A stretch of 64,000 bases of DNA. Source: an uncultured Acidobacteriota bacterium. Lineage in GTDB: Bacteria; Acidobacteriota; Terriglobia; UBA7540. The notes under the pieces are model-generated. The model searched no databases. It was not told the origin of the DNA and saw only the letters and a list, made by a program, of their open reading frames with translations. Position numbers and translations under genes: made by a program. The DNA is taken from contig CAWDSK010000006.1 of the NCBI GenBank assembly GCA_963804995.1, positions 864,001 to 928,000 on the forward strand, written 5' to 3'. Positions 54,976-64,000 of this stretch are shown piece after piece; the first letter of the stretch is position 1, and each line of letters starts with the position of its first letter.

Positions 54976-55806
54976 TTAAGGAAGGCGAGCCGCCAGAGGC
55001 GCGGCCAGTTCAGCGGGATGAGTCCCCTCGGGCAGATTGGCGAAGCCGGCAATGGTGCGCCCTTTGCGGAAGAAGCACAGGCCCCCGAGGTAGGGGTCGC
55101 GGGTCACAAATGCCTCATCGGCCACCTGAACCTGCAAGGTCTGGTCAAATCGCTGGCGCAACTTGGCCATGATGGCGGCGGCGGATTCCGGTGAAGCTTC
55201 TACCACCACAAATGCTTTGCCCAATTCGTACTGAGCAACGTAGCCACGTTTCAGGAGGCGTATTCCCAATACGCTCTCCGGAACCAGCCGGACCGAGGTG
55301 AGCTTCGCTGCAGGAAACCAGCTTACTGCATCGGGAGGAGTACCGCGGCCACTGATCCGTTTCTCGATCGCAGCAACAAAGGTCTGAAGGGTGAGTGTGT
55401 GATCCTTATCAGAGGGGGCAGTCAGTTCAACGTAGTACTTGCCTTTCGAGAACATGGCGCGCCGCGATTGGATCTGGCCACCCATGCCGATTCGCGCAAT
55501 CGGCTGGCCCGGGTTCAGCCGATCCAGAAAGAGACCGTAGGCTCCCTCCGCATCGGACATTTCCGAGACATCAATCACCAGGGTGTCACTACCGGATTTA
55601 CAGGTAAGGTTTTGGAGTCGGAGGAAATCGTAGATCAGGAATCCTTCTGCATCTCCATCCAGATACTCAAAAAGATTGTCGGCCCCAAAGGTACGCGCTG
55701 CCCCGTCCTGCTCCCATCCGGGCACGAGGCGGCAGTCAGCCACCTCCCCTGCCGAGGCAGCGGAGGCCACAATGATAACGAAGAGAAAGCTTTTAAGAAT
55801 GTTCAC
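54976..55806 (-). CDS. Exported hypothetical protein (DUF6599-like)
   Basis: NLFEYLDGDAE, AYGLF and KGKYYVEL motifs; the GTG start overlaps the upstream stop. Confidence 0.7.
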   Translation of the reverse strand: MNILKSFLFVIIVASAASAGEVADCRLVPGWEQDGAARTFGADNLFEYLDGDAEGFLIYDFLRLQNLTCKSGSDTLVIDVSEMSDAEGAYGLFLDRLNPGQPIARIGMGGQIQSRRAMFSKGKYYVELTAPSDKDHTLTLQTFVAAIEKRISGRGTPPDAVSWFPAAKLTSVRLVPESVLGIRLLKRGYVAQYELGKAFVVVEASPESAAAIMAKLRQRFDQTLQVQVADEAFVTRDPYLGGLCFFRKGRTIAGFANLPEGTHPAELAAPLAARLP

Positions 55807-56978
55807 CCGAACAATTCCTGTGCGCGGCTGAGCCGGCTCGAAACGCGCACGCCGAAGGGGCAAGTGACCGTGCAACTGGGGCACTCGGTGCACCGAACTG
55901 CCGCGATTTCCTTGGGTAACTGCCTAAATCCTTCCCGCCCAAGTGCAAACTGGCCATAGCCCTCGGAGTAGGTGAGGTACCGCAACATGTCTGCCACCGG
56001 CAAGCCCTTCGCACAGTTCCCATCACACTTCCCGCACATTCGGCAATAAAGCGGGCTGATGGATTCCAGATGCGCCGCCAGGAGTTTCTCCTCATGCGGC
56101 GTAAACGGTTCAGCCATGGCTTTCAGGTTCTCATCGAGTTGGTCCATGTCGGTCATGCTGGGAACGGTGGTTCGAATATGCGGATTCTTCACCACCCATT
56201 TCAAGGCGGCGAGCATCACGCCTTCCCGCTTGAGTTTCGGATACAGAGGGTCACCCGGCCTGACCTTGCGATAGCCTCCGGCCATGACCTTCATCGCCAC
56301 CACGCCCATGCCCATCTCACTGGCTTGCTGGATTGCCCCTGCGAGGGCAGGATCCATACTGAAATTGAAGGCGGTAAGCACCACGTCGACCGCGCCATTC
56401 TTTGCCAACCAGGGAATCAATTCCACCTGGCCGCCGTGCGTACTGACGCCGGCGAAGCGAGTTTTGCCTTGCATTTTGGCGAGCTGTTGGGCTTCGAGGA
56501 GATCATCCGTCACTTCGGCGGGGCTGCCCTTGCCGTGCAGATACCAGATGTCCACGTAATCGGTTCCCAGTTCGCGCAGGCTGGTCTCAAGGTCTTTCAG
56601 CGCTGCGTCTTTGTGGTCTGCCCCCGATTTCGTGGAGAGAAAAACGTCTTTACGTTTGCGTTTAAGCGCGCCGCCCACCATACGTTCGTTGTTGCCGTGC
56701 TGATAGCCGCGAGCCGTATCGAAATAGTTGATTCCCAGGTCAGCGGCGCGTTCAACCACGCTCGGGTCAGAGGTTACCATGCATCCAAATCCCACTGTCG
56801 TGACTTGCATGCCGGTCTTGCCCAGGGTGCGGTAGAAAAGCTGGGGTGTGGTGCGTGTAGACGATCTGGAAGTTGGATGTTCGGCCGTTTCGTGCACACC
56901 CAGAGAAGAGGCAAGATTCGCTACGGGCAATGCGAGTCCTGCCGATAAGAAGGCTCGACGTGATGCATCGATTCCCAT
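55803..56978 (-). CDS. Tat-signal aldo/keto reductase with C-terminal Fe-S motif
   Basis: SRRAFL, LGKTG, DTARGY, CRMCGKC and CTECPSC...CP. Confidence 0.9.
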   Translation of the reverse strand: MGIDASRRAFLSAGLALPVANLASSLGVHETAEHPTSRSSTRTTPQLFYRTLGKTGMQVTTVGFGCMVTSDPSVVERAADLGINYFDTARGYQHGNNERMVGGALKRKRKDVFLSTKSGADHKDAALKDLETSLRELGTDYVDIWYLHGKGSPAEVTDDLLEAQQLAKMQGKTRFAGVSTHGGQVELIPWLAKNGAVDVVLTAFNFSMDPALAGAIQQASEMGMGVVAMKVMAGGYRKVRPGDPLYPKLKREGVMLAALKWVVKNPHIRTTVPSMTDMDQLDENLKAMAEPFTPHEEKLLAAHLESISPLYCRMCGKCDGNCAKGLPVADMLRYLTYSEGYGQFALGREGFRQLPKEIAAVRCTECPSCTVTCPFGVRVSSRLSRAQELFG

Positions 56979-57104
56979 ATGACCCTTTCCCTGCCCGGAT
57001 GTGCGGCCTTGCAGAATTTCATGCTTTAAGGCCACCGATGAGCCGGAGGGGCGAGCAGGGCTCACCCCGAGGCCGAACGCCATTCGGCCCTACACAAGAT
57101 GCTC

Positions 57105-58181
57105 TTAACCAACCTTAGGCGGCAGTGTTGTCATAGGGCCCATCCACTCGAGCTGCAGATTGAGGTCACCATGCAGTTGGTACTTCCTGCTCACGTCAGC
57201 GATGGCGGCGCCTTGCACATCGATTTTCGCGAGGTCGTACTGCCCCAAGCCAGCCTGTCCGCAATACTGCAAATACCCCACCCAGTCCGCCTTGATCCCC
57301 ATGGTTTCCAAAGCCACACGGTCGGCAGCCACAAAATCCGTGGAGGCCAGCGCGATTCGGGAAGGAACAGGCGTACCCTCCGTCGGGCCCTGTCCTTCCA
57401 TTCCTTCAAACCCGTCAATCACCGCCACACCCCAATGGGGCTGCAATTTTTGCGCGGTCATCAGCATGTTGTAATGGGTCTGGCGGATTCCCGTGTGGTA
57501 GTTCGACTTATCGCTCCATTCCGGCGTTTCTCCCGGAGCGTTGTGCAAGGGTGCGCCCAGCACCATGTTCTTCACCGACATGGTCGCCACCACCGTGTCG
57601 TGTGTCTTCAGAATCGCCGCGCAGATGACAAACCCTTCCGGATCGAGCAATCGCGCCGCCAGCCGCGTCCGCACCGGATGCAGGTCGTAGTCAACCAGTT
57701 GAATAGGTTCATAGCGGGCTTCCTGGTTGAGATCGACCAGGCTCACCTGCTGCGGCCGGTATTCAGGAATCACTTCTGCATAGTGGAAACTCTCAAAACC
57801 CTCCAGGGTTTTCTCCGCGGAAGATTCGGCGATTACCACCGGGCCTTTGAAGCGCGGCGCAAGGTAATCCAGAATGCCCCGCAGAGCATCAACGTGCGTC
57901 GACGCCAGTTGCTTCGAGGTCGAGACATTATTCGGCTTTATGATCACATACTTCTTGCCCATCAGTTTGGGTCGAATCTGGTCGTCGATGGCGGTAAGCG
58001 CATTCGTAATGTTCTTGCGGCGATCCTCCCCTTCGACCAAAGCCACTCGCGACCTGCCGACAGTTTGACTTGCGGTTGTCGGCGCCATGAAGGCGTGCAG
58101 CGGTGGGGTTTCGAGAAAACGGTTGGCTACAACCAAGCCAGTTCCTGCTACTTGTAAAAAGCGGCGGCGAGAACAACTCAT
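57105..58181 (-). CDS. Tat-signal DUF362 protein
   Basis: SRRRFL, IKPN, LKTH, KNM, GPTEG and DFVAAD motifs. Confidence 0.88.
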   Translation of the reverse strand: MSCSRRRFLQVAGTGLVVANRFLETPPLHAFMAPTTASQTVGRSRVALVEGEDRRKNITNALTAIDDQIRPKLMGKKYVIIKPNNVSTSKQLASTHVDALRGILDYLAPRFKGPVVIAESSAEKTLEGFESFHYAEVIPEYRPQQVSLVDLNQEARYEPIQLVDYDLHPVRTRLAARLLDPEGFVICAAILKTHDTVVATMSVKNMVLGAPLHNAPGETPEWSDKSNYHTGIRQTHYNMLMTAQKLQPHWGVAVIDGFEGMEGQGPTEGTPVPSRIALASTDFVAADRVALETMGIKADWVGYLQYCGQAGLGQYDLAKIDVQGAAIADVSRKYQLHGDLNLQLEWMGPMTTLPPKVG

Positions 58182-58624
58182 AAGCGTGAACTCTCCTCGT
58201 GAAATTTGATAGATCGGTGACGAATCTTAAGGCGAGGACCTTCGAGGCGTGAGGGGCGTGAACACCAGCTCGGGGACGAAGCGAGCAGGACTAACATTCG
58301 AGGAGGACCATTGCCTGGTCCTGCCCCGCCCGGCTATCCCTGTTTCTCGGACAACGCCGAACCTGGGCTCACCGGGCACCCCCATTGTGCCTGCAAGGAA
58401 GTCCGTTGGCAAGGGGTATTGAACCACCAAGACACCAAGCCACGAAGAGAGCAAGGAAACCGAGGAATTTGCGCTGCAGGTCCCTGATGCTGCATTTGTG
58501 GTGCGAACGGCGCTCGCTGCCTACTACTTTCCGCCTTCTGCCTTCTATCTCCTGAATCCATCTGCGGCATCCTTCAATCCGCCCCTCGCCCTCTGTTCGG
58601 ACAATTTGATTGATTTATTTCATT

Positions 58625-58646
58625 TTTGGGCTACCGGTAGCCCAAA
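58625..58646. repeat. Perfect palindrome, copy 2
   Basis: TTTGGGCTACCGGTAGCCCAAA. Confidence 0.9.
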
Positions 58647-59073
58647 CCTCTACATTGCCCATTGACATAGCCCAGGCGATCAAGAGCACAATAGAGGTGA
58701 GGCAGCGTTGCGCCATGATGTGTCCAGACAGCCCTTTCTACCGAACAACCACGGGTCCCCAAATCGGGGGTCTGCCATGCCATCCCGTGAATGCAGGTTG
58801 TGTTTGCAAACATTTTTCTGTGACCTCTGCATTCCGAAGAGCTTTCACACAGAGGTCACGGAGACGCTATGGGCGCACTGTGTTGAAGCTTGCGAGGCAC
58901 GGAGGACACGGAGAGTTTCGTTGCGGCCCCGCGGCGCTATTCGGTTCGCTCCCTCTGGAGTTTCGTATGTTCTTCCTCATGCGGCATCGGGTGAGTCTGG
59001 CGGCACGGGAGGCGTGGATTTGCCATTGCACCCGACGAACACGCCGACCAACGTCCAGGAAGGGGTACTGATC

Positions 59074-61018
59074 GGTTCTGTCAAAAGTTTTATGAAAGGT
59101 AATGAAGGGTCGGGAGGTGGGTAGAGCTGGGGGATTTGCCCCCAGACCCCCAGGATTTATCGCTTTGGTGCCAAGATGGGTCTGGACTGGGGGAGCGAGT
59201 GGGGCTCGCTCCCGACCGATCTCGGCCCCGGGGTCGGCGCTCAGGTCGCATCCCTGCGGAGCCCTATCCTCCGCCCCGGCCACCGCGAAGTTTACTCCCA
59301 CCGGGCTCAGGCCGCCAGGGCGAGAGCGAGGATCTTGTTCCACTGGCCTTGCAAGGTGGTGAGGGAACTCAACTCCGGCAAGGGGATGGGTACGCGGTAG
59401 CCCAGGGCCAGATGGGGGCGAAGGAAGTTGTAGTGGGTGACGAACAGGGTGGTGAGGGCCACGGCGCCGTTGCGCGTGGCAAAGCCGCAAGCCGGGCGGA
59501 CGTGGTATTTGTAGGTGCGATTGAGACGTTCGATGAGTTGCTTGAAGGGGCGGAATTCCTTGGAGACCGCGTCGAGGTTTTCCAGGCCGATGACCTGCCG
59601 CAAGGTATGGGGAGGTTGGGAAGCGGTGCGGTGAGCGTTGAGGAAGTGTACGCCGGCCTGATAAGCGGGGTTGCCGTCGGTGATGAAACGCAGGGCCTGA
59701 TCTTCGGGCAAGGTGCGCGCGGCCTCGCCCAGGGCCACGGTGGCGGCCAAGGCATCGCGCTCCGGCGCCACGTGATAGGACGTGATGCGATGCCCTTGGG
59801 GATCGAGAAAGAAGAACGTGTATGGGTGCTTCCCCGCGACGCGAATATAAGTCTCGTCGCCGGTGGCGGTGGCGCTGAGCGGGGCTTTGTAGCGGAGGTT
59901 GAAGGCGTGGCAGTAGTAAGCGGCGGCCTGGGCATAGTTGAGAACGGACTGGTAGCTGAGAGGCACGCCGAAGACTTGCCGCAGGACCTGGGCGGTCTTG
60001 CGGGCGGAGAGGGCGAAAGAGATGTGGAAGGCCAACACCAGGCCCAAGACATCGGAAGAACGATGCAGACGGGTGAGGTCGACGGTGGGCGGATCGGGAG
60101 CGGTGGGGGCCAGTTGGGCGGGTTGAAAGTGGTATTCGCGATACTGGTAACGCAGCTTGAACTGCGTGCGGCGCAGCTTCTGGAGCAACTTCTCGTTCCA
60201 GTGCAGGGCTTGCTGCTTCTGGAGATAGTGAGGACAACGCTCGCCAGGACATTTGTAGATGGTGCAATCGGCACGCTGCTTCCAGCGGAAGAGGGAGCTG
60301 CCGCAGTAGGGGCACCAGTAAGGAGTTTTCGTCGGGCGATGACAACGAGCGATTTGCGACAGCCGGCCACAGACTTTGCAGCGCAGTTGGCGGGCGTGAC
60401 GGCCATCGTTGAGGTAGAGGAAGTCGCGCGGTGCGCCGCAGTGGGCACAACGACAAGTGGGAGGCAGGGGGTGGGCGCCAGAACGCTGAATCGGAGCCAA
60501 CGGTCGGCGGTGCTGGCGCTGGTACTGAGCCAGCAACTGCCGCCAGTTCCAGGTGCGAGGTGCCGGAGGCGGCTGGGTCAAGGGAGCCAGAGGGTCAACG
60601 TAGAAGTCGCGATAGTGTGGATGCTGCTGGCGAAAGTCGTCGCGGGGTTGAGGCTCGGGCTGGCGCCCGGCGAGAATCTCTTGCAGTTGCTCGACCAGTT
60701 CCTGCAAATCCTGGCGGGTAAATTTCCTACAGAGCCAAAGCACCAATCGTGGTATCTTGCCCATGGCGGTGAGTCTCTCGGGAACCTGGCGGGTTCCCTA
60801 CAAGGTGGATTGGGAAAGAGAGACTTCACCGCCCTTTTTGTTTGCCGTCAAGCCCCACGACGCAGTTACGTCCAGGAACTTAAGCGCGGCAACCCGACCG
60901 CACCTCACGCCAACGTCCTAGTCAAGCGCACCCGGAGGGGGGAGAAAGCAGAAAATCCAGTTTCTCCCAGCAATTCAATGGGTTATCGCCTTAGGGGACA
61001 AAAATTCTTGACACAACC
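59074..61018 (-). mobile_element. IS6-like element, copy 2, no matching TSD
   Basis: Same IRs and length as copy 1; flanks are TACTGATC and GCACAGAT. Confidence 0.9.
59307..60764 (-). CDS. DDE transposase, near-identical to 24848-26305
   Basis: One visible substitution (ARRHR versus ARCHR). Confidence 0.9.
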   Translation of the reverse strand: MGKIPRLVLWLCRKFTRQDLQELVEQLQEILAGRQPEPQPRDDFRQQHPHYRDFYVDPLAPLTQPPPAPRTWNWRQLLAQYQRQHRRPLAPIQRSGAHPLPPTCRCAHCGAPRDFLYLNDGRHARQLRCKVCGRLSQIARCHRPTKTPYWCPYCGSSLFRWKQRADCTIYKCPGERCPHYLQKQQALHWNEKLLQKLRRTQFKLRYQYREYHFQPAQLAPTAPDPPTVDLTRLHRSSDVLGLVLAFHISFALSARKTAQVLRQVFGVPLSYQSVLNYAQAAAYYCHAFNLRYKAPLSATATGDETYIRVAGKHPYTFFFLDPQGHRITSYHVAPERDALAATVALGEAARTLPEDQALRFITDGNPAYQAGVHFLNAHRTASQPPHTLRQVIGLENLDAVSKEFRPFKQLIERLNRTYKYHVRPACGFATRNGAVALTTLFVTHYNFLRPHLALGYRVPIPLPELSSLTTLQGQWNKILALALAA

Positions 61019-61432
61019 GCACAGATCGTAGAGATGTTAAAAATGAAGGTCGATCCGGGGATGTGTATGAAAACACAGGATAGGGGACAATTTGTCTGGC
61101 TATTATTCGACCTTTTTGCAGAAAATTCCGGAGTTTTGTGACAATCGACGGCAATCGAACGGGATTGTTGGCCGACAATGCACAGGTTATACGGAAATTC
61201 GGGGCGAATCAGCGCCGACCTTTAGAGCCCTCCCCGAACACTTCGCGGTTATGGGGGCGCCAGCCTGCCCCGGAATTGGGCAACCCCCGCCCCCCCGATC
61301 AGGTCCCGCAGAGGGGCGGAGAGCAGAGGGCAAAAATAGAGGGGTAGCGGCGGATTTACCTTGCCCAAGGAGGCGTCCCGATAGGATCGGGATGGATTCC
61401 GTCACGTCGGCATCCAGTTGGCTCGCCACCCT

Positions 61433-61816
61433 ATGCCACGATGTTTCAGATAACAAAAGGAGTTAGCGAAGAGGAGCAAAAACTATCAAAATGTAACTCA
61501 TTGAAACAACAAGACTAATTCAATCTGCGGAAATTTACTCAACCCCCTAAGCCACGATGTTATAGAAAGCAAAAGGGGTTAGCAATGGAGAGAGGAAACG
61601 TGGCAAAAATCTATCTGATTGAAATAAGGAGAGTTAATCGATTCTGTTGCAAATGGGGTGAGGAAAAAAGGGGGATTAAAAATGAAGGAAGAACCCACGA
61701 TGTTGTTGAAAACAAAGAAAGAAGGAAGTGACATTGTGACTAATGCCACGATGTTGCTGAAAAATAAGGTAGTTATAATTGTAAAGCCACGATGTTTATG
61801 AAAATAAAGGGACTTA
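61433..61816 (+). repeat. AT-rich degenerate direct-repeat array, second locus
   Basis: About six copies resembling GCCACGATGTTNNTGAAAANAAAG. Confidence 0.8.
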
Positions 61817-62123
61817 CTGGATGTGATGGGGGAAAGGAAAGAACGAACCCTGCAGCGAGAAAAGGGCCGAAAGGTGCAATAGCCGTTGTACGGGGCGTCA
61901 AAAGCGGTGATGTCCGCTGCCCCAACCGACCCGCCGCGGCCCCCTACCTCGGCCACCGGTTGTCACTGCGAGGACAAATGACCGCGATGGCCCGGGGGAC
62001 CCTCGGCGAGCGACCAACGCCGCCGACCGAATGCCGCCCGCCCGTGAGACACTCCCCCCCTCGGTTATCGGTGGACTCGACGCTGACGATAGGGGAAATT
62101 GGGTGGCCCACAACAGCAGCTTA

Positions 62124-62413
62124 CCCCCTCACCCGTCCCGCCCCGGCTGGTGAGAACGCCGGCGGCGGTCCACCCTCTCCCCCGAGAGAGGGCTATGAAC
62201 TTTCGCCATGGACCGATGATCAAATCACCCGATTGTCTGACGCGGCCGCCCCACACTTCCCCGCTTCGGTTATCGGCGGGTTCGACGCCAGGGATGAGGC
62301 AAATTCAGTGGCCCGTGACAAGCGGCTTGACCCCTCACCCGTCCCGCCCCGGCTGGTGAAAACGCCGGCGGCAGTCCACCCTCTCCCCTCGGAGAGGGCT
62401 ATGAATTTTCGCT
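62124..62413 (+). repeat. Two ~85-bp REP-like units
   Basis: CCCCTCACCCGTCCCGCCCCGGCTGGTGA...CCCTCTCCCC..GAGAGGGCTATGAA twice; partial copy near 53885. Confidence 0.75.
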
Positions 62414-62653
62414 TTGGGCTGATGAAGCGATCGCCCGATCTCCCGATCAACCGATCCCCTGACGCCGCCGGCCCACACTCCCTCATATCGGCTATCGGCA
62501 GTGCCAGGTGAAAAGATGAATCGAATGCCGACTCCGAAAATCGCCAATTACCAATCGCCATTCGCAATTGAGCCGATCTCCCGATCGCCAAGTCCAATCC
62601 CCCTCTCGGCTTTGCTTGGCCAGTTCAGGATGCTACGAGGAGGAAGGATGATT

Positions 62654-63142
62654 TCAGCTTGCGGCTGGGGCGGGTGGAGACTGTCGCTTTTTGCGATACC
62701 AGGCGATCGCAGTGTCGAGGGAGAACCATCCGGGGCCGAAGAACAGGACAATGAACGAGGCAAACAGGAAAGTATATGGAGCCGCTGCATAGAACTTGTC
62801 CGGGTCGGAGATAATAGATCCCAGGGCTTCGCGATCCCCCACAAAGAACGCCACAATCATGTCAATCGTGAGTGGGAAAGCGATGAGCCGGGAGCCCAAC
62901 CCCAGGATCAGCAGGATGCCGCCGACCGCTTCCAGCCAGGCGATGAAATGAGCGTTCAGCGCCGGGGCGGGAACCCCCAGGCTCGTGAAGTAATCGACGA
63001 CTTTGGGGATATTCGACAGCTTTCCCGAACCGCTTTGCCAATATTGCCAGCCCCAATACAGCCGTACGGCGAGCAAGAAAACCGCTTGGCAGGAATTTGC
63101 CCCGCGCAGAAACCACTGATAGACCTGATCGATGAGCTTCAT
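62654..63142 (-). CDS. DoxX family membrane protein
   Basis: RLYWG...SG.GK, EAVGG and GPG.FSLD motifs. Confidence 0.9.
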   Translation of the reverse strand: MKLIDQVYQWFLRGANSCQAVFLLAVRLYWGWQYWQSGSGKLSNIPKVVDYFTSLGVPAPALNAHFIAWLEAVGGILLILGLGSRLIAFPLTIDMIVAFFVGDREALGSIISDPDKFYAAAPYTFLFASFIVLFFGPGWFSLDTAIAWYRKKRQSPPAPAAS

Positions 63143-63167
63143 CTTGGAACCTATGGCTTCGCAGCGG

Positions 63168-64000
63168 TTACGCTTGCCGGGCGAACCATCCGAGTGACGC
63201 CCAGTCCTCAAACCACTCGCGCAGTTGCTCGCGGTAAGAATCGAGGCTACGCCGCGTCTGCCGCCAGGGGACCTCAAGGGCTGCGGCGAGCGGCATGCCG
63301 TCGCCCAACGCCCGAAGCAGCGTGAAGGAAGGGCGCGTCAGGCGTTTGAAATAAACGGAACCATGCAAACGATAGACAGCAAGATACACTTTCCGGGGTT
63401 TGGGCAAAGAGACTCGCCGGGTTCGGGACTTCCGGGGAAACTCCAGCACCGCGTTGCTCACCATATGACTATCCGGTTCAGTCTGGCGGGTTCGGAAAAG
63501 CAGGTCATCCACCGGGTAGGACAGGTCCAACAGGTGCAGGTGGGGTTGCAGGCGGAACACCGTCTCGCCGCCCAATTTAGTGAGGTCGTCACGGTGGAAG
63601 CGGGGCAATTCCGGGCCATCAAAGGCGTCGATGTCAGCCCACTCCAGGCGCACCATATCGATGGCGAGCCGTTCCACCCCCGGAGCGAACTCGCGGTGGG
63701 CGCGCAGCCACGCTTCCAGCCGGGCGCCCAGGTTCCTCAAGGTAAAGGTTTCCGAGGGGCAATCATTCAGGTAGGCGGCAAGCAGCTTATCGAATTTCCG
63801 CTGCCCCAGGACAGCGCGCAGCCCCGGAAAATCCTCGGCCATACTGGCCAGGATTCTGAACCAATACTGCTGGCTGTAAATCTGCAAGCGCTCGAACCGA
63901 AGTCATCCGGGCGTTGGGTTTGATGAGGGCGTTGGCGATGTCGCGCGTCGACCGTCCGTCCGGAAGGCGCGGACGCATTTTTTCCGAAGGGGTGAGCGGC
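63168..64000 (-). CDS. DUF2063 (HvfC-like) protein, 5'-partial, frameshift near 63897
   Basis: ERLQIYSQQYW.R, DFPGL, PS.TFTL..LG and LEWA motifs. Confidence 0.82.

Noticed and set aside
24615..61018. 36-kb composite transposon between the two IS copies
   Set aside because: Copy 1 has its own TSD, and the outer flanks (CGCTGACC versus GCACAGAT) do not match.
61792..62511. 239-aa ORF
   Set aside because: Composed of REP-like repeats with no recognisable domain.

Overview
GC-rich bacterial DNA, most likely Acidobacteriota/Terriglobia (inferred from the CarboxypepD-type TonB receptor, the ASPIC/UnbV genes and the repeat style). Positions 1-22.9 kb look like the right part of a tRNA-Phe-anchored island. 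It holds a probable OsmC selenoprotein, three exported M55 D-aminopeptidases, a dipeptide epimerase, TPR/ASPIC/TonB genes, an IS630, and an rve-type IS split by a 3.4-kb large-serine-recombinase element. That element's DUF5372-like gene appears to be completed only on circularisation. The rest contains two near-identical IS6-like elements inserted at the same position of a repeated target family, ybaK-gltA-fnr, a hydrazine-synthase-like periplasmic cluster with repeat-derived signal peptides, malonate and sugar genes, a group II intron inserted in a GTAG REP, a Tat-exported AKR/DUF362 operon, and the tail of a DUF2063-DoxX locus. Six genes carry single-base frameshifts that are probably assembly errors. 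Family names are from motif recognition only; no database searches were run.
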